IMG/VR virus record: IMGVR_UViG_3300044822_000131
Coordinates: 1-54,728 of that record
Direction: 5' to 3' (one strand)
Source of the DNA: a virus
Lineage: Duplodnaviria; Caudoviricetes
DNA: 54,728 nucleotides
The notes beneath the pieces were generated by a model, which ran no database searches, was not told where the DNA came from, and worked only from the letters and a program-made list of their open reading frames with translations. The position numbers and the translations under genes are program-made. Below are positions 17,056 to 26,221 of the stretch, piece by piece; position 1 is the first letter of the stretch; each line of letters begins with the position of its first letter.

Positions 17056-17306
17056 CTGCATCTCCGACCGATAACACGCCGACCCCGGTCCATCCGAAGG
17101 TCCAGAACGCGACCATTTCGGGTGGTGCGGCGGGCGCGCTCACGATCATCGTGGTGTGGGCGCTCTCGCTCAAGAACGTCATCGTCCCAACCGAGGTCGC
17201 GCTTTCGTTTAGCACCATATTTTCGGCCGCGGCGACGCTCGCAGGCGGCTATTTCACCCCCAATCCACCCGAATTGTCCGGCCCAGGGCCGGTGAAAGCT
17301 CCATAA
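17052..17306 (+). CDS. Probable holin (2 TM)
   Basis: PKV..ATISGGAAGALTIIVVW...PTEVA...LAGGYFTP, next to the lysozyme. Confidence 0.7.
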   Translation: MTASPTDNTPTPVHPKVQNATISGGAAGALTIIVVWALSLKNVIVPTEVALSFSTIFSAAATLAGGYFTPNPPELSGPGPVKAP

Positions 17307-17307
17307 C

Positions 17308-17706
17308 ATGGCAACGACCTCCATCGAGACCTCAATTTTCCAGGACCTCGGCATCGCCGAGCTTATTTTGGGCGACATCGCCGCATTTTCGGCCGGCCAG
17401 CCGGTCACGAGCCCCAAATCCATTCAAATCGGCGGGCAGGCGTGGATTCCGACCGTCCAAGTGCTCCCGAACGGCCCCACTGCACCCTTCGTGACCGTGT
17501 CGGGCGGCATCATGGCCGTCTTTTCGGTCGGCCTCGAGTTGTTCGAGGAGTTTTCGGCCGGCGCTTCGATCGCGCTCGCCTTCAAGTTCGGCAAAACTTG
17601 GTACGGCTTCACGCTTGCGCCCGAGCCGAGCGTGCCGTCCTCCATCGGGCTCGTACAGTCGCACTTGGGGCCCACGGCGACGATCACCATCTCGGGTAAA
17701 GAGTGA
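17308..17706 (+). CDS. Hypothetical protein with internal two-fold repeat
   Basis: FSAGQPV...IGGQAW versus FSAGASI...FGKTW. Confidence 0.55.
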   Translation: MATTSIETSIFQDLGIAELILGDIAAFSAGQPVTSPKSIQIGGQAWIPTVQVLPNGPTAPFVTVSGGIMAVFSVGLELFEEFSAGASIALAFKFGKTWYGFTLAPEPSVPSSIGLVQSHLGPTATITISGKE

Positions 17707-18089
17707 AGATCGTCGTTGAAACCATCCCACACAGCGAGCAGCGCTACGACACGACCGGTGATTGGCAGTACCTTGAGGACGGAACGCTCGTCGTCAAGGT
17801 CTCGCGCCTGCGCCACGAGCGCTCGGAGTGGCTCGTCGCCATCCACGAGATCGTCGAGGCGTTTCTGTGCCGGCAGTACGGACTCGCCGACGCGGCGGTT
17901 ACAGCGTTCGACGAGCAATTCGAGAAGCAGCCGAATCCGCAGAACATCGAGCCGGGCGACCACCCGGATGCGCCCTACCGGGACGAGCACTGCTTCGCAA
18001 CCGCGGTCGAGCGCATGCTGTGCGCCGCCATCTCCTACCCCTACTCGTACTACGAAGCCGACGTCTACGCCGTGAGCAAGCACGGCTGA
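17703..18089 (+). CDS. Putative metal-binding phage protein (HExxE motif)
   Basis: QRYDTTGDW, LVAIHEIVEAFLC, EPGD..APY..EH.FAT. Confidence 0.65.
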   Translation: MKIVVETIPHSEQRYDTTGDWQYLEDGTLVVKVSRLRHERSEWLVAIHEIVEAFLCRQYGLADAAVTAFDEQFEKQPNPQNIEPGDHPDAPYRDEHCFATAVERMLCAAISYPYSYYEADVYAVSKHG

Positions 18090-18103
18090 AAGGACCCCTC
18101 CCT

Positions 18104-18358
18104 ATGGCTCTCGACCCCAACGTGTTCCAGAGCGCGGCGATGTCCGCGATGGAACGCGCGACGCAGGCCCAGCGCCAAGCGCAGGAGACCGCACAGGTCC
18201 TCTCGTTCTGCGTCCAGATCGTGTGCAACCGCGACAAGCTCATCCTCGACCAACACGAGCCCTCGCAGCGCTCCGTGCTCATCCTCGACAACGCCGAACG
18301 GGTCGTGCTCGCGTATCTCAAAGGGGTCAAGACGCAGGAGGCCGAGGCGGACAAGTGA
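18104..18358 (+). CDS. Hypothetical protein
   Basis: AAGGA RBS, ATG 18104. Confidence 0.55.
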   Translation: MALDPNVFQSAAMSAMERATQAQRQAQETAQVLSFCVQIVCNRDKLILDQHEPSQRSVLILDNAERVVLAYLKGVKTQEAEADK

Positions 18359-18636
18359 GGCCGCTCCGCGACTACGTCCTCATCGTGCGCGATCCCGAGG
18401 AGACCACCTCGAGCGGTGGTGTGGTCCTGCCTGACACCTCGGCCACCGCCCAGGCGCTCCAGCGCCCGAGCACAGGTGAGGTCATCGCGAAGGGGCCGAA
18501 GGTGACGGACGAGATCGCGCTCGGCGCGCGCGTGACCATCTCGGCCTATGCCGGCGTCGAGGTGCCGCCCGACAAGCCCGACGATCCGGTGTGGCTCCTG
18601 GCCCGTGAAGGGGAAATAATCGCGATTCGGGATTAG
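18355..18636 (+). CDS. groES: Co-chaperonin GroES
   Basis: MRPLRDYVLI...ETTSSGGVVLPD...TGEVIAKGP...YAGVEV...REGEIIAI. Confidence 0.9.
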   Translation: MRPLRDYVLIVRDPEETTSSGGVVLPDTSATAQALQRPSTGEVIAKGPKVTDEIALGARVTISAYAGVEVPPDKPDDPVWLLAREGEIIAIRD

Positions 18637-18642
18637 GCAGGA

Positions 18643-20313
18643 GTGAACGACGACTTGCGGGGGTTGCTCGACGACCTCGACCGCGCTACAATAATGCCCG
18701 CGACTCCTTTCGCTACGCCGCAGCCGCCCCCCGTGTACTCCGAGGGGTGGCTGTATCGTTTCTGGAGGGATGATTGGGGCAGCCCGGTCTCTCCCCAACC
18801 GCACTGCGAGATGGCCGACTACATTCAATCGGCGCTCGGCGACTGCTCGTTCTCGGGCAGCGAGAAGAAGCTCGTCATGCTCGGCGTCCCGCGCAACACG
18901 TTGAAGACGACCAACGTGTCGGAAGCGACGCCGGTCGCCGTTCTCACCAAGAACCCGAACGCGAAGATACTGCTCGACGGCTTCCGCCATTCGATCAGTA
19001 AACTCCGGCTGCGCGCGATTCGCCGCAAGCTCGAACGCGACGTCGTCTTAGATCAGAAATACGGCACGATGGCTTGGAAGCCGATGTTCCGCGAGGATAT
19101 TTGGAACGCGGCCGAGATCCGCATCACGGCCGCGACCGACCTCGGCGTGCGCGAGTCGTCGATCGCGACGGCCGGCGTCGACTCCTCGGCGACGTCGCAG
19201 CACTTCGACCTCATCATCCCCGACGACTTGGTCAACGAGATCAACTCACGCACGCAGGACTCGCGCGAGCGCGTCTACGAGCATTTGATGGATCACATGG
19301 CGATCCTCAATCCCGGCGGCGTGATCCTCATGGTGTTCACGTTTTGGCATGTCAACGATGCCTACGCGCGCATCATCAAACTCGACGAAGCGCGCGAGCG
19401 CCGCGGCGAGCGGCCACTGTGGCGCAAGATGATCCGCTCGTGCTATGACGGCCCGAACGGCCTCTACTGCCCGACCCGCCTTTCCTACGAGCACCTCGAG
19501 GAACAGCGCGAGCTCATCGGCCCCTACCGCTTCGCCGCGAACTATTTGATGAAGCCGATCGCGGATGAGGACAAGACCTTCAACATGGACGCGCTCAAGA
19601 TGCGCCCGTTCAAGTTCTTCTCCACCGCCGAGCAGAGCTTCGGCGGCGTCATCCGCACCGAGAACGACGCGCAGTACATCGTCGAGACCACGATCGCGTG
19701 GGATCCGATGGGCCGCAAGGTCCGCAGCACCTCCGACTCCCACGGCATCACGGTCGTGGCGACCGACGTCGACGACAGGTGGTGGATACCCGAAGCGCTC
19801 TCAATCAAGACGACGCCCGAGTCCATCATCAACCGGATGTGTCTGCTCATTCAAATCTACCGGCCGTGGACGGTGTCGATTGAGGACGTCGTGGGCCAGG
19901 GGCTGTGGCTCGACATGTTAGCCGACGAGTGCGTGCGGCGCGGTATCGGCGTCGGGTTCACCGAGTTTGCGACGGGCGGCATCCCGAAAGAGCAGCGCAT
20001 CATTCTGCTGCAACCGCGCTGGGCGCGCGGCGGCATGATCCTTCGATCGAAACCGGATGCGCCCGACGAGCCGATGCACAAGGAGTTTTACAACCAACTC
20101 GACACGTTTTCGCCCGGCGGCATCGACCACGAAGACGTCCTCGACTCCCTGGTGCAGCACCTCCGGCTCACCCGCCGGCCCGACATTCGCGCGCTCCCGC
20201 GCGGCGAGAGCAACCCGGTCGACCCCGAGTACGCCGCCTTCCGTAAGCGACAACAGCAGGATGATCCGGGGATGCCGCTCACCGGCCGGTTCGGGACGAC
20301 CTGGACACCGTAG
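18643..20313 (+). CDS. terL: Terminase large subunit
   Basis: VPRNTLKTT Walker A variant, HFDLIIPDDL Walker B, nuclease acidic motifs AWDP, SDS, HEDVLDSL. Confidence 0.9.
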   Translation: MNDDLRGLLDDLDRATIMPATPFATPQPPPVYSEGWLYRFWRDDWGSPVSPQPHCEMADYIQSALGDCSFSGSEKKLVMLGVPRNTLKTTNVSEATPVAVLTKNPNAKILLDGFRHSISKLRLRAIRRKLERDVVLDQKYGTMAWKPMFREDIWNAAEIRITAATDLGVRESSIATAGVDSSATSQHFDLIIPDDLVNEINSRTQDSRERVYEHLMDHMAILNPGGVILMVFTFWHVNDAYARIIKLDEARERRGERPLWRKMIRSCYDGPNGLYCPTRLSYEHLEEQRELIGPYRFAANYLMKPIADEDKTFNMDALKMRPFKFFSTAEQSFGGVIRTENDAQYIVETTIAWDPMGRKVRSTSDSHGITVVATDVDDRWWIPEALSIKTTPESIINRMCLLIQIYRPWTVSIEDVVGQGLWLDMLADECVRRGIGVGFTEFATGGIPKEQRIILLQPRWARGGMILRSKPDAPDEPMHKEFYNQLDTFSPGGIDHEDVLDSLVQHLRLTRRPDIRALPRGESNPVDPEYAAFRKRQQQDDPGMPLTGRFGTTWTP

Positions 20314-20352
20314 GGCCCCAGGCCGTATGATGGACCGCAAAGTGGAGGGACC

Positions 20353-20604
20353 ATGCAAAAAGACGGAATGACCAAGAAGGCGATCGCGAGCCCGAAGCCG
20401 ATGTCGCTCTCCGAGGCGATGGGTCGCGAGAAGCAGCCGGGCCTCGGCACCCCGCATATCGGGCCGAGCAAAGTCAACGACGAACTCAAAGGCGGTCGTG
20501 GGGCCAAGGGCGGCGGCAAGGGCGGGTCGGGCGGCGTGAAGTCGACGGCCGGCTACGACGTCAAGACGCGCGTGAGCTTCGGCTCGGCAGCGAAGAAGAA
20601 GTAG
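20353..20604 (+). CDS. Small Lys/Gly-rich basic protein
   Basis: GGAGG RBS; composition. Confidence 0.65.
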   Translation: MQKDGMTKKAIASPKPMSLSEAMGREKQPGLGTPHIGPSKVNDELKGGRGAKGGGKGGSGGVKSTAGYDVKTRVSFGSAAKKK

Positions 20605-20605
20605 C

Positions 20606-20848
20606 TTGGCCCGCCAAAAGAAGGGCATGCCGCGGGCGATGAAGCTCGAGGCCATGTCAAAAGAGCCTGCGATGCCGAAGGCCCCCAAGGTCGAGAAGCC
20701 GCAGAAAATCTCCGCCAAGCTCCCGGCGCTCCCCAAAGAGAAGATGCAGAAGCCGCCCCGCGAGCCCAAGGCGCGGGTGCCGAGCGCTCGGGCCACGAAG
20801 CCGCCGCACGTTGCGGCTCCAAAACTAAGCCGCCCCAAGAAGGGGTAA
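20606..20848 (+). CDS. Small Lys/Pro-rich basic protein
   Basis: TTG start directly after the previous stop; K/P-rich. Confidence 0.55.
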   Translation: MARQKKGMPRAMKLEAMSKEPAMPKAPKVEKPQKISAKLPALPKEKMQKPPREPKARVPSARATKPPHVAAPKLSRPKKG

Positions 20849-20851
20849 ACC

Positions 20852-22318
20852 GTGAAGCGTCGCGCTCTACTCGCCGTCAGCATCGCCGTGTTGATGGTCT
20901 TGCCGTCGCTTGTCCGCGCTCAACTCGGGCCGAACGTCACGAGCGGCCTGTTCTCCTCAACGAGCGCGAGCGGGTCGTTCCCCCGGCTCAACGTCAAGGG
21001 GGACCAAACCTGCACCTTCTTCGTGAACAGCGGCGGTGGTGCGACCTTCACCGTCACCGGGGCCAGCGACGCCGGCGTGAGCGGCACCCCGACGATGGTC
21101 ACGAACGCGCTGTTTCCCTCGAGCGGCGTCATCGTGGCCCCCGCCGCGAACACCTACTACTCAGGCTCGGTCTCGTCCCTCAACACCTTCTTCCAAGTAA
21201 CGTGGACCGGCAACACCGGCACCGTCCAGGGGACCGAGAGCTGCACCGCCGCTAACTCGGGCGGCACGTTCACCGGCACCGTGACGGCCAACGTCCCAAC
21301 TCCGCTCTCGGTGATCGGGCCCGGCGGCTCTCCAGTCCCGGTAAATATCTCAGGGGGCACCGGGTTTCCGACTCCCGTGCCGTATGCGACGAGCGCGGGC
21401 ACGGTCCTCAAAGTTGACGGCTCCGCCGTTACCCAGCCCGTTAGCGGCTCGGTCACGGTTTCGGGCACCGTCACGGCGACGGGCGTCGCGACCCCGGTTC
21501 CTTATGCGACGAGCGCCGGCACCGTCCTAAAAGTAGACGGCTCTGCCGTAACTCAGCCTGTTTCCGGCACCATCACCTGTTCAAATTGCACAGGCGCTAC
21601 CCCGATTCCCTATGCTACAGCGGCCGGCACGATCCTAGAAACGCAGATCGTGAACTCGCCTGCGCCAACGTACACGCCGCCCGTGGTCGCGACGACGCCG
21701 ACGCCGGGGCTGCCCGTGAACGCGGCCCTGCTCGGGTTCAATGCCTCCGGGCAGACCCAGGGCGTGTCCGTGGACTCGAACGGTTACGTGAACGTGGACT
21801 GCAAAACCAACTGCACGGTGTTTCCGTATGGGACCTCGACCGGGCAGACGGCGCTCTCGAACTCGTTCTTGGGGGCGGCGCTCGTCGGCTCCGGTGGCAC
21901 GGTCGCGCCGTTACAAGGGGACGCGGCCTGGAACCTGTACGTCGCCGAGCGCGCGTCAACAGGCGGCGGGTTCACGCACTACAGCGCCACCTCGATCACG
22001 GCCGGGACGGCAGCCACGATCTCGTCCACGGCCAACACCACGCTCGCGGCGCTCACCGTGTCCTGGTCCGTGCCGTCCACGACGACGAACTGTTACCTGA
22101 CGCTCTACAACTCGGCCTCGCCGACGGTCGGAACGGGCTTCGTTGCGATCTACCCGATCAATACCGCCGCGCCGGGCGAACTCGCGCTTCCGATCCCGCC
22201 GACGATAGGCGGCAAGTTCAGCACAGCTATTTCCTACGCGCTGACGACGACGCCCACGGGCTCGACGGCGTGCAATTCCGCCAGCAATCAGGTTTGGCTC
22301 GACGCCTGGTACATCTAA
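20852..22318 (+). CDS. Signal-peptide-bearing Thr/Ser/Gly-rich beta protein with internal repeats
   Basis: MKRRALLAVSIAVLMVLPSLVRA signal; TPVPYATSAGTVLKVDGSAVTQPVSG twice plus a partial third. Confidence 0.85.
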   Translation: MKRRALLAVSIAVLMVLPSLVRAQLGPNVTSGLFSSTSASGSFPRLNVKGDQTCTFFVNSGGGATFTVTGASDAGVSGTPTMVTNALFPSSGVIVAPAANTYYSGSVSSLNTFFQVTWTGNTGTVQGTESCTAANSGGTFTGTVTANVPTPLSVIGPGGSPVPVNISGGTGFPTPVPYATSAGTVLKVDGSAVTQPVSGSVTVSGTVTATGVATPVPYATSAGTVLKVDGSAVTQPVSGTITCSNCTGATPIPYATAAGTILETQIVNSPAPTYTPPVVATTPTPGLPVNAALLGFNASGQTQGVSVDSNGYVNVDCKTNCTVFPYGTSTGQTALSNSFLGAALVGSGGTVAPLQGDAAWNLYVAERASTGGGFTHYSATSITAGTAATISSTANTTLAALTVSWSVPSTTTNCYLTLYNSASPTVGTGFVAIYPINTAAPGELALPIPPTIGGKFSTAISYALTTTPTGSTACNSASNQVWLDAWYI

Positions 22319-23856
22319 TTAGCGAGCAAGAGAAACCTAGCGACGAGCAAATCGCGGACGGGGCTCGCCGCATCCTCACGGCGATTGACAACGGCACGTT
22401 TCGCCGCGATGATCCCGGCGCGATCCGCATGATCGGCGAATGGGCGTTCGATAACCTCGCGGCCCTGGTTCGTTTCTGTGCGTTCTTCGTGCTGTTCGTG
22501 ACGGCGATCTTTCCGTGCGCGGCGAGTGCGGCACCGGCGGTTGTACAGAGCGTTCAGTGTTCTACCGTCGGCTCAGCGTGTAGCACAATCACGCTTTCAG
22601 CGACTCCGACGGCCGGGGACGCCGTAGCCGTTATGGCTGTGGGTGCGGGCGTGGGTAACGCACCAGGCAACATTTACGCCGATGCATCCTCCCATAATCT
22701 AACTATTCAGGCGAACCCTTATTATACTTCAACGTGTGCTGGAGGAGGCAACTGCGCTTCCGCCGTTCAAGCGTATTTAGCGCCATCGGGACTTTCGAGC
22801 GGAGCCTACTCAAGTTTCGGTTCTGGAGGTTGTAACTGTGCTGGCGTTGGGGCCGTAGAGATGAGCGGCGTAAATGCAGCGGTTTCAACAAGCACCGTCG
22901 GCACGTCTACTACCGCCACGCTTTCCGGGTTCCCCTCGGGCTCGATTATCGCGTTTGCCGTATCGCAATCGGGTTCGACAAGCAACCCGACGATCTCCAA
23001 TGCAGGCACCGTCACCTATCTCAATCCTTACTCGTCTGGGTCCAACCTCGACGTTTCAGGGTTTGCCATCGCAAGCGGTACGTCTACAACACTTACTTTA
23101 GGGGCTAGTGCGACTTCTAATTCGGTTATTGCTCTAACCGCGTTCTACTACATCGCCCCGACCGTCACCGTATCGCAAACCTGCGTGCAGTCAGGCACGA
23201 CCTGCGTGTTCGGTTCCGCGCCATCGAACGGGAGCGAGGTGGTTGGCGCGGTCGTCGGGGACGGCACCTGCACTCCTACAGTCACGGATTCTAACTCCGT
23301 TGCGTTGACGAGCCGCTACTGTTTTGGCATTGACGCTAGCTCGGGCCTGAGCGGCCAGGACTACAAGGTATCGGGGTCGCCGACCTCGACCTACGCCTGC
23401 CTGAGTGGCCCAACGTGCGCGCTATTAAACGTAACAGGCACGACGCTGCCCGGCACCTACAGTTCCACGACGGGACCCGATAGCGGCGTTGTTTCAACGA
23501 GCGTTGCAACGACCCCGGGCGACCTTGTTGTGTGCGCGGCTAGCGGTGGCGTGTCGGCGTTTTCGGGAATGAGTTTCGTGTCGGGCGTAAACTTCAACGT
23601 TCAAAACCTCTACTATAGCTACGGCGGGGGAGGTTCGAGTAGGGCCGTTATCTATGCGACCGCTACGGGAAGTTCTGCGACCTGCCAAACCAGTAGCTCC
23701 AACGCCGGATTTACGCTCGGGATCGGCCTTGCGGACTACACCCCCGGCTCATCGTCATCGACGAGCAAGGCGTGCAGCGCGTTCCCCTGGCCGTGTGCTT
23801 TCCAATCCGGCTACGCCCCGCGCCGCAAGGCAACGCTCGCGGACCTGCTGCGCTAG
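22318..23856 (+). CDS. Secreted or membrane-tethered Cys/Ser-rich protein (start either ATT 22318 or ATG 22429)
   Basis: RFCAFFVLFVTAIFPCAASA hydrophobic segment ending in A-x-A; many paired Cys. Confidence 0.75.
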   Translation: MSEQEKPSDEQIADGARRILTAIDNGTFRRDDPGAIRMIGEWAFDNLAALVRFCAFFVLFVTAIFPCAASAAPAVVQSVQCSTVGSACSTITLSATPTAGDAVAVMAVGAGVGNAPGNIYADASSHNLTIQANPYYTSTCAGGGNCASAVQAYLAPSGLSSGAYSSFGSGGCNCAGVGAVEMSGVNAAVSTSTVGTSTTATLSGFPSGSIIAFAVSQSGSTSNPTISNAGTVTYLNPYSSGSNLDVSGFAIASGTSTTLTLGASATSNSVIALTAFYYIAPTVTVSQTCVQSGTTCVFGSAPSNGSEVVGAVVGDGTCTPTVTDSNSVALTSRYCFGIDASSGLSGQDYKVSGSPTSTYACLSGPTCALLNVTGTTLPGTYSSTTGPDSGVVSTSVATTPGDLVVCAASGGVSAFSGMSFVSGVNFNVQNLYYSYGGGGSSRAVIYATATGSSATCQTSSSNAGFTLGIGLADYTPGSSSSTSKACSAFPWPCAFQSGYAPRRKATLADLLR

Positions 23857-25904
23857 TGTTCCGCATCGCGCTCCTGGTCGCCGTCCTGGTCCTGTGGCTC
23901 ACCGCAGGCGCGCAAGCGCAACCGACCGCCACCCCCACGCCGCTCTACACGTTCCCGCCGAGCGTGCCGTCCGCCACGCCGATCCCCTTCGGCACCAACC
24001 CGGCCGAAACCGACACCGCCGCACCGTGCGTACTCCCGAGCGGCAACGCCGTTTCTACCTGCGTTGACGACGCCGATGCGGTCGCCTCCTCAATCGCGAA
24101 CATCAACTCGCAGTTCTGCACCTCCACCACCGCGTTCTCGGGCTCGCCGACGACTGCCGACACGCTCGCAATCGACGGCACGCGCTTCATCATGCGGCGC
24201 GTCCGCGACGGCCTCGGCATCAACGGCGGCTGCCACAACACGACCGCCCTGCAGGCGTTCTTCACCCTCGAATACGGTGCGAAGTCGATGCGCGTCCTCG
24301 ACGGCGTTGACGGCATTTGGTTCGCTCCGGCGGAGTTGGCCGCGATCCAAGCGATCTGTGGCTGCTTGCAGAGCATCGCGTATTGGAACGAGAGCGATCA
24401 GTTGTTCGATCCGCCCGTGCAACTGTACGCTGCCGGCGGCACCATCGCCGCCGGGTCAACGACCGTTGCGATCCAGTACAGCGGCAGCGGTGCTCAGACC
24501 AACCAGGCCGGGAAGTGGATCGTCCCCGGCCAACTGTACCAGATCACGGACGGTGCAAGCAGCGAACTGGTGACGGTGCTCTCGGCCGCGCAGCAGACCG
24601 ACGGCACGGGGTCAAGCGTCGTCCTGCAGCACCCGACGGCGTTCTCGCACGCGAGCGGCACTGCGCTCAACTGCTGGAGCACGACCGGCGCGTGCCCCGA
24701 CTTCACCTACCCTGCCCTGAATTGGTACCACTACACCGCGCCGTACCTGCGCGCAAACGCCCCGAGCCTGGAAGTGCTGTGCCCGTCGATTGCGCTGCCG
24801 ATCACCAAGAGCTACCTGTTCCAGAGCAACGCGAACGGCTATCCGGGGTGGTCCTGCGACACAACCGAGATTCACAATTACACGATCTATAACCCCGAGA
24901 GCGCGAGCGGCGACGGCTATGTTGGGGTCGGCCCGCAGCATCTCCCGTGCGCGAGCGGCGGTCACAGTTACGGCTGGGTCGCCAATACTTGGTGCGTCAA
25001 GAATCAAGAGGTCGGCCCCGGCTACGAGAACCGCCCGACCGTCACCACGGAAAATAGTTGGCAGCAGTACCCCTACGGACAGACGCCATCGACCGGAGCG
25101 ACCGGAGCGATCCCCGACAACGTGGCGCTGCACTACTACGTTCGGGCTGCCTTCGAGAACCTCGATGACGGCAACATCGAAACGTACTACTTCCCGTGGC
25201 AGCAGGGGCAGGACGGCGCGACCTCGCCCTTCTGTGAGTACGGTTGGATTATCACGAACAACTGCGGACAGACGTATCCGGGAGCACCGTACTACTCGGC
25301 GGCGGCAACCGCGCTCATGTCTACCGTGCGCTGGCTTACGGACGCCGCCTGTCCATACTCGAACTTCCCCGGCGACATCACCTGTTCGTTCACGCCGAAC
25401 GTCACGATCGGAACGTGGTCCTCGAGTGCGCTGCCGTTCAACGCGCGCACGATCGAGAACAGCGCCGGGTATGTCTGGGTGTTCTTCGGTCAGGGGTGCG
25501 ACGAGTGGGATACGGTCGGCCAAGCGCCGATAACGTGTGCAACGCAGAGCGAAACCTACACCTCAACCGACCTTGCGACGGCAACAGGCGTCGGTGTGAC
25601 GAGCCTTGACGACACGACCACCGACCCGACCCCTCCGCCCCGCAGCGTGACCTACGCGGACGGGACGAGCGCCACCCACAACGTCTGCCCCGACGGCCCC
25701 GCCACGACGAACTACTACGGCTGCTGGAAGCCGGTCACGGCGCTCACGCCCTCGAGTAACGCCGTGACCGTAACGAGCCAGGGCGACCCGCAGGTGCTCG
25801 TGTATCAGCTTGCGACCGCGCCGGCCAAAACAACCGCGACCGCTCCGCCCCGCAGGGCGCTTGCAACCTACACCGTACCGACGACTTGGGGGATGTTCCC
25901 GTGA
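23856..25904 (+). CDS. Signal-peptide-bearing putative clan GH-A glycoside hydrolase
   Basis: MFRIALLVAVLVLWLTAGAQA signal, PT linker, PFGTN, YWNESD (acid/base), EIHNY, VTTENSW (nucleophile). Confidence 0.65.
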   Translation: MFRIALLVAVLVLWLTAGAQAQPTATPTPLYTFPPSVPSATPIPFGTNPAETDTAAPCVLPSGNAVSTCVDDADAVASSIANINSQFCTSTTAFSGSPTTADTLAIDGTRFIMRRVRDGLGINGGCHNTTALQAFFTLEYGAKSMRVLDGVDGIWFAPAELAAIQAICGCLQSIAYWNESDQLFDPPVQLYAAGGTIAAGSTTVAIQYSGSGAQTNQAGKWIVPGQLYQITDGASSELVTVLSAAQQTDGTGSSVVLQHPTAFSHASGTALNCWSTTGACPDFTYPALNWYHYTAPYLRANAPSLEVLCPSIALPITKSYLFQSNANGYPGWSCDTTEIHNYTIYNPESASGDGYVGVGPQHLPCASGGHSYGWVANTWCVKNQEVGPGYENRPTVTTENSWQQYPYGQTPSTGATGAIPDNVALHYYVRAAFENLDDGNIETYYFPWQQGQDGATSPFCEYGWIITNNCGQTYPGAPYYSAAATALMSTVRWLTDAACPYSNFPGDITCSFTPNVTIGTWSSSALPFNARTIENSAGYVWVFFGQGCDEWDTVGQAPITCATQSETYTSTDLATATGVGVTSLDDTTTDPTPPPRSVTYADGTSATHNVCPDGPATTNYYGCWKPVTALTPSSNAVTVTSQGDPQVLVYQLATAPAKTTATAPPRRALATYTVPTTWGMFP

Positions 25905-26221
25905 CCTGGCTGCTCGCGCCCCTGCTCGCCATCGTCGCCGCCTCCCCCGCGCCGTCCCCGACCCCGGTCCCAACGTGGACGCCCTGGCCCGAAGTCACGG
26001 CCCCGCCCCTCACCGCCGACGAGATCGACGCGGCCCACCGCCGCGAGCGCAGACAGGACGCCGTCATCCTCTACGGCCTCATGCGCCCGTACTGCGGCCC
26101 CGACAGCGGCGGCTTTAGCGGCGTCCCGTCCTTCTCTGCCGAAGGCTACCCCGTGACCGTTCAGTGCGTGCGCTACAAGATTCGGGTGGACGCCCCCGGT
26201 AAAGCCACGCGCATCCCTTGA
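25901..26221 (+). CDS. Small secreted protein with Pro/Thr linker
   Basis: [25 protein letters not shown]. Confidence 0.6.
   Translation: MTWLLAPLLAIVAASPAPSPTPVPTWTPWPEVTAPPLTADEIDAAHRRERRQDAVILYGLMRPYCGPDSGGFSGVPSFSAEGYPVTVQCVRYKIRVDAPGKATRIP

Noticed and set aside
21368-21640. Diversity-generating retroelement template/variable repeats
   Set aside because: The repeats are in-frame protein repeats differing mostly at synonymous sites, and no reverse transcriptase is present.
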